Assembly: GCF_006345805.1 (NCBI RefSeq)
Contig: NC_043011.1
Coordinates: 39,816,464 to 39,880,463, forward strand
Direction of reading: 5' to 3'
Source: Octopus sinensis
Lineage: Eukaryota
DNA: 64,000 bases
Under the pieces are notes generated by a model. That model saw nothing but the letters and a program-made list of their open reading frames with translations. It did not search any database and was not told the DNA's origin. How positions within the stretch are numbered: position 1 is the first letter of the stretch; each line of letters opens with the position of its first letter. Shown in pieces: positions 1-12,405 of the stretch. The position numbers were made by a program, and so were the translations under genes.

Positions 1-249
1 AAGTTCTGTAAAAGCACCAAGAAGGGACATGACTGATACAGGTAGAAGAGATCGAGGTTCAACAGAAAGTCACTAATATGTAAATTTTAAAAGAACTATG
101 GGAGGTCAGATTGACATGTGACATTGATTTGCCAAATCAAGGACAAATCTTATAGCCAAGAATGAAAACATTGACTTGGCAGAAAACTAGAGGCTTGCTG
201 CTTGCCAAAACATTAAACACAGACTTGATACATTACACAAACTGACTCA

Positions 250-1200
250 ACCATTTCCTCTAAGACAATTGTTAGTCCAAGAATATAATGACTGATAAGC
301 TGCAAAGCAGAAAGAAAGAACTGTGGGGATGTGCCAAACACTTTCTGTTGATATAAGGATGATATTTGGCCAAAAGATATGCTCGTATTTCATAGTTGAG
401 TGTTGAAAAAACTGCTTCCCAAATCTTTACAAGAATGATCTCTCTATCTTCCCTATTCTGCACCATGAGTGCTACAAATACCTAGATATTGGAAACATAT
501 CATACAAAAGCATTATGGACAAAAACAGAGGTGGTGGAGTGTCAAACAATATTTTACCATATTTTAAAAAAATATGGTAATCTGATATTTCCACTTTACA
601 CGACAATAATCTCATAATGTATTCCAATGCAAATACACCAACATTTGGGATATCTGACTGGTCTGTAGGGATATTCTACATGAATATTAAAATCTGCAGG
701 AGTTTGACATCAACTAGAGGCTCCCTCAGAAACAGTGGCAATGGCAGGACCAATCTCAAAAGAAGAAAAGAAGAATCTTTTAGTGCTATATAGTATCCTC
801 AAGAAAGACTGTCCAGGGATAAATACCCCATCGTTTCTAAACACAAACAAAACTAGTGGAACATTCCCCAATCAAAACTTGTGCTAAATGCCACCATAAT
901 ATGCCTGATATAGTTCTTTGAGACAGAAAAGAAAAATTAGGTAAAGTCATAGAGGTTAGCTGCCTGGCAGATGTAAACTTTTCTTTCAACATTTGTGACA
1001 AAGAACATATTTATAAACAACTGTGTTGAAGCCTACAACCTGTTAGCCTGCTTCTTCCAGATTATGAATTTACATTTATACCAATAATTTTGGTAAATGC
1101 TTAATCTAGAAAAGCTAGGATTTTCAGGCAAAGAAAGAGACCAGCTAACACACTATACAAACCTGTTAAGTGGAATAGTAAAATATACAAGATTTTTGTT
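250..1200 (+). mobile_element. Decayed R4/Dong-type (restriction-like endonuclease) non-LTR retrotransposon, RT C-terminus to RLE
   Basis: Broken + strand frames give SVDIRMIFGQKIC (341-385; cf. FSxDIxMxFGxDKC), ECYKYLDI (467-490), TFGISDWS (about 640-665) and KTCAKCHHNMPDIVL*DRKEKLGKVIEVSCLADVN...YEFTFIPIIL (about 875-1090; PD...D/E RLE motif). Stops and frameshifts are present. Confidence 0.8.
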
Positions 1201-1383
1201 CAGTTCAACATGAAATTCTAATTACTGTTATTATCCAAATTCTAATGATGAAGCTTTGTTTCATTGCTAAAACCACCTCCTTTATAGAAAGAACTGAAAT
1301 AATTAAAAAAAGAAAAATATGTGCACAGACATTCACAAACACAGACATGTGTGTTTTATACATACCAATCCTATGACTAGCAT

Positions 1384-1848
1384 CCGGCAGATGCCAGGGC
1401 CGCCTCGACTGGCTTCCGTGTCGGTGGCACATAAAAAGCACCATCCGAATCGTAGCCGAAGCCAGTGCTGCCTCGACTGGCTTCCATAAAATGCACCATC
1501 CGAATTGTGGCCGATGCCAGCGCCGCCTCGACTGGCTTCCGTGTCGGTGGCACGTAAAAAGCACCATCCGAATCGTAGCTGAAGCCAGTGCCGCTTCAAC
1601 TGGCTTCCATAAAATGTACCAATCCGACCGTGGCCGATGCCAGCCTCGCCTGGCACCAGTGCAGGTGGCACGTAAAAAGCACCCACTACACTCACGGAGT
1701 GGTTGGCGTTAGGAAGGGCATCCAGCTGTAGAAACGTTGCCAGATAAGACCGGAGCCTGGTGCAGCCTTCTGGCTTCCCAGATCCCCGGTCGAACCGTCC
1801 AACCCATGCTAGCATGGAGAACGGACGTTAAACGATGATGATGATACA
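1384..1848 (+). mobile_element. RTE-tailed non-autonomous repeat (SINE-like) with internal tandem modules
   Basis: 3' part GTGGTTGGCGTTAGGAAGGGCATCCAGCTGTAGAAAC...AACCCATGCTAGCATGGAGAACGGACGTTAAACGATGATGATG recurs many times in the window (e.g. 3830-3975, 17995-18295 minus, 26970-27120, 37560-37975 minus, 39080-39515 minus, 52500-52724 minus, 57995-58140). The 5' part holds repeated AAAAGCACCATCCGAAT... modules. Confidence 0.8.
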
Positions 1849-4143
1849 TACATACACTGCATTACATTATATTAGTTTACAGACATGCACACAGATGCAC
1901 GTGTTCACGTTTATATAGATGCATGCAGTGATACACAAGTTTATTACTTTTACTTGCCAAGATATCAGTTACTTAAGGCAATTAGATTTGGTCATATGAA
2001 AATAAGAATGTTAAAGTGACAGACAGACTTGTCACTTTAACCTAGTGTTATGTGGATCACTGAAATCTAATATCATAAGCATCACTTAAAACTAGTTTTA
2101 TATTTCAGGAAATAAAACTATAAATATTCTTTTCTACTCTAGGCACAAGGCCCGAAATTTTGGGAGAGTTGGGGTAGATTAGGTCAACCTCAGTGTGCAA
2201 CTGGTACTTAATTTATCAACCCCGAAAGGATGAAAGACAAAGTCGGCCTCAGCAGAATTTGAACTTGGAACGTAGTGACAGGCAAAATACTGCTAAGCAT
2301 TTCAGACCAGTGTATAAAACAGTAATAAAGAGGGGGAGAGTGAGAGAAAGAAAGAGAGAGAAGGGGGCATGTATAAAATACAAATTTGTGTATCCACCTT
2401 GATGTATATATAATAGACTCTGTGAATAATAGTTGTAATTGTTTTGGTATCTTTTGGCTTTCAGTAATTATAAGAAATTTATTGCTTATCAATACGATTA
2501 CGATGTATATTACTAGTGTTAAAATAATTGTGAGAATAAACAGAGAATGATTATGGAAACAGATTGTGCTCTAAGTAGAGAATGTGCATCTTGAAATCCT
2601 AGCTATTCTCACTGAGTCATAAATTAAACACATTGGTACAACTCACTATTATTTAGTTTGTAAATGTATATACATAAAGCTATGTAGTTCACATTTATGT
2701 AATATATAAATGGTGGGTGTGGACTTGGTTATGTAGGTAAGAAGTTGGTTTCACAAACACGTGATTTCAGGTCTAGACTGAGCAATACCTTGTGAGAGAA
2801 TTTGGTAGATAGAAGCTGTGTGGAGGCCCACCATGTGTGTGTGTGTGTATAGACATGCATGTAATTAGACATATATATATGTGCATTAAATGTGTAAATT
2901 AAAAGTATTATTTTGGAACATTGCTTAAATACTAACAATTTCATGACTTTGGATCCATGGGGTTTATGATGCTTTTATAATAATATTAGCTGACCCTGTG
3001 CTGTCAAAAATGACGGCTAATTGTAGTATTTTATATATAAATAAGGTGCAAAATAAGGTACATAATAATCACACATACAAACATTCACAAAGTTGAAACG
3101 CTGATGTTTTTTTTCACCTCTTCCTTCCTTATTCATCTATCACCCCTTCCTTTCTCCATTGCTATTACTTTCTCTCACTCTCTCTCAGTCAGGACTATTA
3201 CTCTCACTACTTCTCCTTCACTGAATTACTATTTTCTTTCCTCTCCCTTCACTTATACTACTCTTTCTCCTACTCTGTGATTTTGGACAAATATATATAT
3301 ATATATATACACACACAAATATATAAAAACACTACACTCATTATTATATTAGGAGATTACCATGAGAATCTGAAATGAAGTCAAAAGTGTGTGCTGGAAG
3401 CAGCCGTTTTTGCACATGTATCTTACAAAGGTTTCTAAAATGAAAGAATACAACAATAAGTGTTTCTTTCAAATTTTTGTTTCCTATTTTAAGAAGTATT
3501 CAGATAGTGAATATTCAAAAGAAAACCAGGCTTGGTTTACCAGCTGAAGATTGGAAATGAGCAACTTGGAGGACTGGAAATCGGAGCCTTTCATTTATAA
3601 TGTATTAAGGAATACTCTACATTTGTATTGAGTGCAGTTATTCATTGCTTGCAGTGAATCAACAAAGATGTATGAAAAGCACCATTTGAGTGTGATCATT
3701 GCCAGTGCCACCTGAATGGCTCCTGTGCAAATGGCACACAAAAAGTACCATTTCAGCATGGTCATTGCCAGTGCCACCTGATTGGCCCTCGTGCCTGTGG
3801 AATGTAAAAAGCACACACTACACTCTCAGAGTGGTTGGCATTAAGAAGGGCTTCCAGCTGTAGAAACTCTGCCAGATCAGATTGGAACCTGGTGCAGCCT
3901 TCTGGTTTGCCAATCCTCGGTCAAACCATCGAACCCATGCAGGCATGGAGAGCAGAGGTTAAATGATGATGATGACGATAATTGTTAAAGACGACAACAA
4001 ACGTTAAGGCAAGGAAAAACATCTCAAGTCATATTTATTATTGGAAAAAATTCAAAGTCTTACAGCTGTTTCTTATGGAATATCCCCGAGTGTGGGATAT
4101 TCCATCATCAGGGGAAAATAGGAAAATGAGAAGGGTATATATA

Positions 4144-4380
4144 AAGGCGGCGAGCTGGCAGAAACGTTAGCACACCAGGCGAAATGCTTTGCGGTATTTC
4201 GTCTGCCGTTACGTTCTGAGTTCAAATTCCGCCAAGGTCGACTTTGCCTTTCATCCTTTCGGGGTCGATGAATTAAAGTACCAGTTACGCACTGGGGTCG
4301 ATGTAATCGACTTAATACCTATGTCTGTCCTTGTTTGTCCCCTCTATGTTTAGCCCCTTGTGGGTAATAAAGAAATAGGT
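4144..4380 (+). mobile_element. tRNA-derived SINE (family with GCCTTTCATCCTTTCGGGGTCGAT core)
   Basis: Head GGCGGCGAGCTGGCAGAAACG with B-box-like GAGTTCAAATTCC, tail GTAATAAAGAAATAGG, flanked by a GGTATATAT duplication. Many further copies occur in the window. Confidence 0.85.
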
Positions 4381-4607
4381 ATATATTAGTGAAATGACAA
4401 TGTAGACAAAGGGAGCAAAGGAATAAGGAAATGAAGAGAGAGAAGAAAAAAGAAGCATAAAAGTTACCTAGTGTAGATTACCTGTCAACTAAATCCCCAT
4501 ACTTGGTGTGTATGTGTGTGTGTGTGTGTATATCGCCATGTTGATTCGTTAGCTACTGCACGCATTTTTTTTCTCTCCTTCTTTCTGTGTTTTTCTCTCT
4601 CTGTGTA

Positions 4608-4645
4608 TCTTTCTGTTGAAGAGCGTAGGCTCGAAACGTTAAAGA
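4608..4645 (+). ncRNA. Minimal type I hammerhead ribozyme motif (Penelope-LTR type), core variant CUGUUGA
   Basis: TCTTT-CTGTTGA-A-GAGC(GTAG)GCTC-GAAAC-GT-T-AAAGA: 5-bp stem I, 4-bp stem II, palindromic ACGT stem III, GUU triplet. Confidence 0.65.
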
Positions 4646-4756
4646 CTTGTTTTATTTATATTTCCTGAGCGCCATACTAATACAATTGTTCGTTTGTTTT
4701 CCACCTGCCTTCGTCTTTTGTTTATTTTCATAAAGCTTCCCGTTATATATATATAT

Positions 4757-5138
4757 ATCTCTCTCTATATAAACGGCAGTTTGTCTGTGCGTGTTTCTGT
4801 GTGTCTGTTTGCTTGTACCCTCACCCTGACCACGGCTTTCAACCGATTCTGATGAAACTTGACACACACATAGCCCAATGTCATAATTCAAAACTAACGC
4901 AGCGAAAATTTTGAAAAGTTCCCCCAGTTCTGAAAAAAATCGATAAATTCGACATGGGGTCGAGAATTAGAAACACAAACCGCAAACTGTCTAGGGGACG
5001 CAACTCCACCTTTTTTAACTAAAAAAAAATTTACCATCATTTTCTTCCATTTTTTTGCTATTTTTGGCTATAACTCTCTAAAAATGCTTTATAGTTATTT
5101 CCCTTACAAACCTGAGCAACGCCGGGCGATACTGCTAG
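4757..5138 (+). mobile_element. Non-autonomous Helitron-like element
   Basis: Starts in TC/TA-rich sequence (TCTCTCTCTATATAAACGGCAG) and ends with GC-rich GAGCAACGCCGGGCGATACTG followed by CTAG-T, a typical Helitron 3' end. Confidence 0.6.
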
Positions 5139-5170
<32 letters not shown>

Positions 5171-5352
5171 CAGTGGCTCATGCATCCAAAACAGAAGTAC
5201 ACACTAAAGGCTAGAGCAGTAGAGCAGTAATATATTTACATAAATATATGTCCAGTCATAGAGTGACCAATGGTTTTGCATCTATAAAGTGCTTAGCTCT
5301 ATGGACGACTCATCAGACTCTAATGGCAGAGAGCATATAATACCTCCTTTAA

Positions 5353-5573
5353 CCCTTTTGATACCAACCCGCCAAAACCGCCTCTGGCTCTATAGTACAA
5401 ATGTCTTGTTTTCATAAGTATTGAATTAAAATCTTCCACCAAATCTTAGGTACAATTTATGTTCCCAACACTAGCTTAATGATAACAAAGTTATTTTACC
5501 AAATTCTTTGTTATATTTAAAATTAATTGAATGAAATACAGAACATCTCAAAATAAATACGGTAACGAAAGGG
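5353..5573 (+). mobile_element. piggyBac-like MITE (about 220 bp)
   Basis: TTAA-CCCTTTTG...CGAAAGGG-TTAA: TTAA on both sides and CCCTTT terminal inverted repeats. Confidence 0.85.
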
Positions 5574-5595
5574 TTAAACAAGTGCTACATATACC

Positions 5596-5829
5596 TATTT
5601 CTTTATTACCCACAAGGGGCTAAAACACAAGGGGACAAACAAGGACAGACATAGGTATTAAGTCGATTACATCGACCCCAGTGCATAACTGGTACTTAAT
5701 TTATCGACCCCGAAAGGATGAAAGGCAAAGTCGACCTCGGCGGAATTTGAACTCACAACGTAACGGCAGACGAAATACCGCTAAGCATTTTGCCCGGCAT
5801 GCTAACGTTTCTGCCAGCTCGCCGCCTTA
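5596..5829 (-). mobile_element. tRNA-derived SINE, full length, 16-bp target site duplication
   Basis: Reverse complement of the 4144-4380 family, flanked by AAGTGCTACATATACC at 5580-5595 and 5830-5845. Confidence 0.9.
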
Positions 5830-8000
5830 AAGTGCTACATATACCACTGAATCTGTTAAGTAATCAAAGTGTGTAAAGAAAGAGGTAAACAGATTCTGCC
5901 GACTAGGTCACAGTTTTATGAAAGTCTGCTGGAAAATCATTCTTATTCTCCAGACAAAGCAACATGTCATTCTTTGACTAGCATCAAATCCAGGAGAATA
6001 TATCATTTGTCCTTTTAACGGTTTAGTTAAGAGGGGGGAAAGTCAACACGTTACTTTTACTGCTGCGATATTGGTAGGGGAGAAACGACAAGAAAATCCT
6101 GAAAACTTATGCATTGTTGCTCACCACTACCACTACTACGATCCTTATAAGTAACCTCATTAGGAGCTGGAGGTCAATAATGAAAAGAGGATCTGAAAAG
6201 AAATAAAGCAGCCTTCTAAGGTGTTTGTCAATGGACAGGGCTAGTATCGTATCTGGTGAAAGGCTTCCAACAATCACCTGCTTTGAACTACAGAAAATTG
6301 AAACCAGAGACTGAAGTTATGCTATGAATCCATGTAATTTATATGAGATAACCTTTTATACAGGAAGTTGACCATCTGAATTACAATAATCTGTAATCTA
6401 GAAGTATTGTTGTGTATGTGTAAGTGTGTAGGCATGTATATGTGTGTGTGTGAGTCTGTGTGTGTTTGCATGTGCATGCATCTATGTGTACATGTTAAAT
6501 GTATGTATTTTTATGGGTGCATATTTGTGTGTGAATGTATTTACGTATAGTTGTGTATTAGCGTGTGCACATTCATAGTATGAGTATAATTATGTGCGTG
6601 TGAGTACGCATTTATTTATGCGTGTCTGCATGTGTACTTATGTGTGTGGGCACGTGTGAATGTGTATGTGTGTGCGTATGCAAGTATGTGTGTATTAATG
6701 TGCGAGAGAGAGAGAGTGAGAGAGAGAGAAGGGAGAAAAGAGAGACAAGAAAATTAGCAAATATAAATGCCACCAATATGGCTGAAGGGAGAACAAACTC
6801 AGGGCAGTGTTCTGCATACTAAATACATAGGCACATATTTAATATAGCGAGTTTACAAAAAAAAAAAACTTTGATTAACTCTGATTATCCAAGTGTGTAG
6901 TAGATAAAAGCATCCCTTCTGGGTGTTTAGAATATTAAACCAACAAGAAAGAAAATCATTCCAACAATATGATTAAAATATAGAAAAACGAATAGGTGAA
7001 AGCATTGTTTATATTTCGGTCTTATTAACTCTGTTGTTACTGTATTTCTGCTGAAATACACAGCCTTTGTTTCATTAAATTTTGGAAATAATACAGAATT
7101 TATTAAAATAGCTTGGCCATTATTATGCTGGTCGTTGGAAACATGAATTAATGAGATCTCAATGGAAGATTTTAAAATTGGTTCACTTTAAAGCAAAGTT
7201 TGTATCACAGAAGTAGGGATGATCTCAGGCAGGTTAGTACCAACAGGGTAAAACTTACTCAGCAAAGAATATTCTACCCAGGTAAGGCGGGGCGAGCTGG
7301 CAGAAATGTTAGCTTGCCAGGCAAAATGCCTTAACAGATGTTGCTACTCCAAATCAGTGCAGATCTGCCTGGAAACAGTAATGTCTAAGAAGTAGTTTCA
7401 TACACCTCAAAGCTCCAGGACTCACGAACTAAGACCCCAATTACAGATGTAGGACTCTAACAGTTTATCAGTTCCTGCCCAGGATTGTGTTTGCTTAGCA
7501 TCCTTAAAAGGATGACAGGCAAAGTTAACTTCGAGGGCATTTGTTGCCACAGATATTGCTACGAGAACACACAAAAACAGAACAGAGACCACAAGGCATC
7601 TTGCACAGTCTTCTAATAGTTCCACTAAACCAGTAGTTCTCTTTGATTACTATTCTATTTCTGGTAGGCCCCCATAAAAAGTAAATTAACTGTAAAGTTG
7701 CCTTCTCAAGTTATCCAACTCATAAAGCTAGTTTCCAGGGGACATAAATTCCCTACCTGGATTGGACACCAGTCCATTGCAGGCTTACTTATTTTTGCCA
7801 AGTGAGTGGGCTGGAGCAAAATTAAATGAAGAGCTTTGCTTGAAAACACAATGTGTTGCTTGGGCCAGGAATTGAAATCACAATCTTACAATCATGAGTC
7901 CATCACCTTAACCACTGAGCCCTGTGTCTCCATTCCATGTTTGAAAATTAGTTTTATAGATGCTTCTTTCAAAATTCTTATTTTGTTTTTGATACATTAA

Positions 8001-8472
8001 CCGTTTTGATACCAACCCAACTGAAACTGCCTCTGGCTCTGAGTACAAATGTCTTATTTTCGTAAGTTTTGAATTAAAATCTTCCACCAAACCTTAGTCA
8101 CAATTTATGTTCCTAACACTAGCTGCATGATAACTAAGTTATTTTCTAAATTCTTTGTTATATTTAAAATTAATTGAAAGAAACACAGAGCATCTCAAAA
8201 GAAATATAGTAATGAAAGGGTTAAAATATATAATAGAGAAACAATTCTTAACCGTTTTGATACCAACCCAGCTGAAACTGCCTCTGGCTCTAAGTACAAA
8301 TGTCTTCATTTCATAAGTTTTGAATTAGATTCTTCCACCAAACTTTAGTCACAATTTATGCATCTAACACTAGCTGAATGATAACTAAGTTATTTTACTA
8401 AAATTCTTTGTTATATTTAAAGTAATTGAAAGAAACACAGAGCATCTCAAAATAAATACAATAATGAAAGGG
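8001..8472 (+). mobile_element. Two adjacent piggyBac-like MITEs (8001-8220, 8252-8472)
   Basis: Each is TTAA-CCGTTTTGATACC...ATGAAAGGG-TTAA, same family as 5353-5573. Confidence 0.85.
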
Positions 8473-9100
8473 TTAACTTGTGTAGGTTGAACTATGTAAA
8501 ATGTTAGAGAAAGAAATCAACCTGTTTCATGCAATAAATACACTGAAAGCGACTTTTCTTAATGGACCTTTAAAATACTACAGTATACCCCTAATTTACT
8601 ATTTTGTTTGTGTGGATCCCCAAAAGTCCTACAAGGACACACACACACCTCTGCCCCCAGGAGTCATAAGGACCCTGGTTGAAAACCACTGCACAAACCT
8701 GTTGCCTCTGGAAGGTAACTTATACATCAACCTCAAAAGGACAAAAAGAAAACTTAACCTTAGTGGGATTCGAACACAGACAATCAGAGCAAATACTGCA
8801 AGGTAGACTGTCTCTAATGCTCTAATGACTCTGCCAATTTTCCAAATATAAAATAAAGTAAAAATAGAAATAAACAAAAGGTGTAGCTGTGTGGTTAAAA
8901 AGCTTGCTTCCCAACCATGTGGCCTTGGATTCAATCCCACTGTGTGGAACCTTGGTCAAGTGCCTTCTGCTACTGCGCTGGGCCAGCCAATATCTTGTGA
9001 ATGGACTTGGTAGACGGAAACTAAAAGAAACTGTCATATAACCATGTAACCACACATGCACTGTTGGTTATATTCTACCTCTTCTGGACTTTTCCGTTTT

Positions 9101-9137
9101 CCTTTCTGATGAGGAGCTATGCTTGGAACGTCAAAAC
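9101..9137 (+). ncRNA. Degenerate minimal hammerhead motif
   Basis: CTGATGA-G-GAGC(TAT)GCTT-GGAAC-GT-C-AAAA. The CUGAUGA core is intact but GAAA is mutated to GGAA. Confidence 0.45.
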
Positions 9138-9936
9138 CCCTCTCTTTTTCCCACCTTTAACCAAGCACCTAACTAAAAAAATTCCAGGTGCATGTCCTCT
9201 TGTTTTGCATGCTTGATTATTCAATTTGACTATACATGTGTGTGTGTAAGGCATCAAGCTGGCAGAAACATTAGCATGCTTAGCAGTATTTTGTCTGCCG
9301 TTACATTCTGAGTTCAAACTGCGACGAGGTCTACTTTGCCTTTCATCCTTTCAGGGTCGATAAATTAAGTACCAGTTATGCACTGGGGTCAATGTAATCA
9401 TCTTAATCCCTTTGTCTGTCCTTATTTGTCCCCTCTATGTTTAGCCCCTTGTGGGCAATAAAGAAATAAGAAGCATTAGCATGCCAGGCAAAATGCTCAG
9501 CAGTATTTCATTTGCTGCTACATTCTGAGTTCAAATTCCGCTGACGTCGACTTTGCCTTTCATCCTTTCGAGGTCAATAAATTAAGTACCAGTTGTGTAA
9601 TTGGGTCGATCTAATCAACTGGCCCACTCCTCCCCTAAAATTTCGAGCACCTTGTCCCTAGAGTAGAAAAGTGTGTGTGTGTGTGTGTGCGTGCATGTGC
9701 TTTCTGCCTGTGGGTGTCACCCTCTCAGTGCTTGGGAACCAGTGTTGGTTTGTGAACATCGTGATGACTTAGCAGCTCAGCAAAATAAACCAATAAAATA
9801 AATATCAGGCTTTACAAAAAAAAGTAAGTACTGGGACCGATTCAGTTGACTAAGAACCTCCAAGGCAGTGCCCCAGCATGGCCATAGTCCAATGAATGAA
9901 ACAAGCAAGATGTAGACAATAATAAAACATACTTAC

Positions 9937-10157
9937 TGTTCTTTCTAAAGGCACGCCCTGAGTTTCAGTCTTAACTTTGCTGTAAAAATTATATTGTAAA
10001 GTCTCTGAGTGACTACTGTTAGATATATTCAAAAATAAATAAATAGAATTTGGTATATTTTCAACTGTAGCTGTTGCATTGATGAGCTTGGCTTGCGGTG
10101 GAACGCGGTGAGAAGACGGCCCGCCAGCATAACGGATTACGGCACCAACAACCAAAC
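9937..10157 (-). CDS. SLC9A6/7/9-like: Internal coding exon of an organellar Na+/H+ exchanger (SLC9A6/7/9, NHE6/7/9-like)
   Basis: Acceptor TTGTGTTTCAG| and donor |GTAAGT; 221 nt, phase 1 to phase 0. Encodes (G)LVVGAVIRYAGGPSSHRVPPQAKLINATATVENIPNSIYLFLNISNSSHSETLQYNFYSKVKTETQGVPLERT, matching the GLxVGxVxRY...lumenal loop...(LRK|VTFDPE) segment of NHE6/7/9. Confidence 0.88.
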
Positions 10158-11183
10158 CTGAAACACAAGACAAAAGAGAAAAAAATGAAAGACTTCGCTT
10201 AAATCATCTGGTTATTATTATCAGTGTCAACAGTCTTAGTCGTAATCATGTATCACTACTGTCATTATGGTCATCATCATTAGCATCATCATCATCACAA
10301 TCAGCATCAACAGTATCAAGTGTCACTGCTATCATCACTATCATCATCACCCTTATCATTGTTATCATCACTGATATTATCATCACCACTTGTTATTGCT
10401 ATCATCATAAACATCATCGTCAATATCATCACCACCATCATCATTGTTATCATCCCCACCACTAACTTCACCATCAACAGCATCATCACTATCATCACTA
10501 TTGTCATCATTATTTCTTAATCCCATTTCATACAAACATCAATTGTAGTATGTATCTTGGCGTGTAATCCATACACACCCACACACCCATTAAACACACA
10601 TACACACACACACACCATCTTGCACTGCCCTGTATCACAAGCATTCCAGCAGGCAAGGAGGTTCATCCACATCCTGCTCATAAAGGTTCAACTGAAATTG
10701 ACCCTCAGTTCCACCACTGACATGGAAGACTACACGCTTGATTGATCCGCTAGAAATAGCGACCAAATTCAACCAAACCATACTGCATTGTTTTAAATAA
10801 GGAAAGGACACATTAGATGCTGTAGTCGTTCATACTCCTCAAAATATGAGATGGGCATGGATGGGACACCTTCGATGATAGGTCTGCTCAATCAGGAATG
10901 ATCAGGAGCTAAACAGCAACAACAACACTGATAGCAACAATATAAAAAGTCACTCCTATAATTGTGAGTCATCATCATCGTTTTAATGTCTGCTTTTCCA
11001 TGCTTGCATGGGTTGGACAGAGTTTAGTGAAACAGATTTTCTACAACTAAATGCCATTGCTGTTGCCACACAAGCTCATATTTCCCCTATGAATATTTCT
11101 GCTTCTGTAAGAAACCACAAATTTTTATCAGTTCCACATTTCTTCACTCCCACTGTATGTGTGTGTGTGTGTCTGTGTGTGCA

Positions 11184-11221
<38 letters not shown>

Positions 11222-11645
11222 AATTTCAATGAAAGATCGATTAGTAGATGGATACATGGATGGGTGGACAGATAGAGTGATACATAAAAAGCTAGATGGC
11301 TAGACAGAGAGACAGATAAATGGCACTCTGTCACTTACGATGACAAGGTTTCCAGCTGATCCGATCAATGGAACAGTCCCGCTTGTGAAATTAACATGTA
11401 AGTGGCTGAGCACTCCACAGATATGTATACCCTTAATGTAGTTCTCAAGGAGATTCGGAGAGACACAGAATGGGACAAGGCTGGCCCCTTTGAAATACAG
11501 GTACAACTTGTTTTTGCAAGCTGAGTGGACTGGAGCAACATGAAATAAAGTGTCTTGCTCAAGGACGCAATGTGCCGCCGGGAATTGAACTCACAACCTT
11601 GTGATCATGAGCCAAATACCTTAACCATTAAGCCATGTGCCTTCA

Positions 11646-12370
11646 GATGGACAAACAGACAGACAGACAGGTAGGTAGGCAGCCAGACAGATGGATAGAC
11701 AGACAGGTAGATGACCAGATGAATAGCTAGACAGACAGACAGGTAGATGACCAGATGAATAGCTAGACAGACAGACAGACTGGTAGATAAACGGATAAAT
11801 AGCGAGACAGACAGACTGGTAGATAAACGGATAAATAGCTAAACAGACAGACAGACTGGTAGATAAATGGATAAATAGCTAGCTCGACAGACAGACACAC
11901 AGACAGACTGATAAACACATAAATACCCAACAGACAGACTGGTAGATAACCAGATAAATAGCTAGCTAGACAGACAGACTGGTAGATAAATGGATAAATA
12001 GCTAAACAGACAGACAGACTGGTAGATAAACAGATAAATAACTAGATAGACAGACAGACTGGTAGATAAACAGATAAATAGGTAGACAAACAAACAGACA
12101 GACTGGTAGATAAATGGATAAATAGCTAGATAGACAGACAGACTGGTAGATAAACAGATAAATAGGTAGACAAACAAACAGACAGACTGGTAGATAAATG
12201 GATAAATAGCTAAACAAACAGACAGACAGGTAGCAAGTTATTACCAATAACCTAAGGTATCCATAAGTTTTTGGTAGTTGTCTTTCAAGTGCATAGAAGC
12301 CTCCTGACAATCCTTGCTGTCCCTAAGAAACAAACTTTCAGTAAGAGCTATTATTACTATTATTACTATG

Positions 12371-12405
<35 letters not shown>

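Noticed and set aside
3361-3434. Minus-strand segment with AG acceptor and GT donor, a possible exchanger exon
   Set aside because: The phase-0 frame has an immediate stop, and the other frames do not resemble FDPE/LPPII or the following NHE helices.
6060-6192. Strong minus-strand acceptor followed by ILFSLL/PP-like codons, a possible third exchanger exon
   Set aside because: All three frames contain stops, and a match to FFNILLPPIIF needs frameshifts; treated as chance.
8515-8545. LHETG on the minus strand
   Set aside because: It is flanked by in-frame stops, has no TM helix and lies downstream of the exon it would have to precede.
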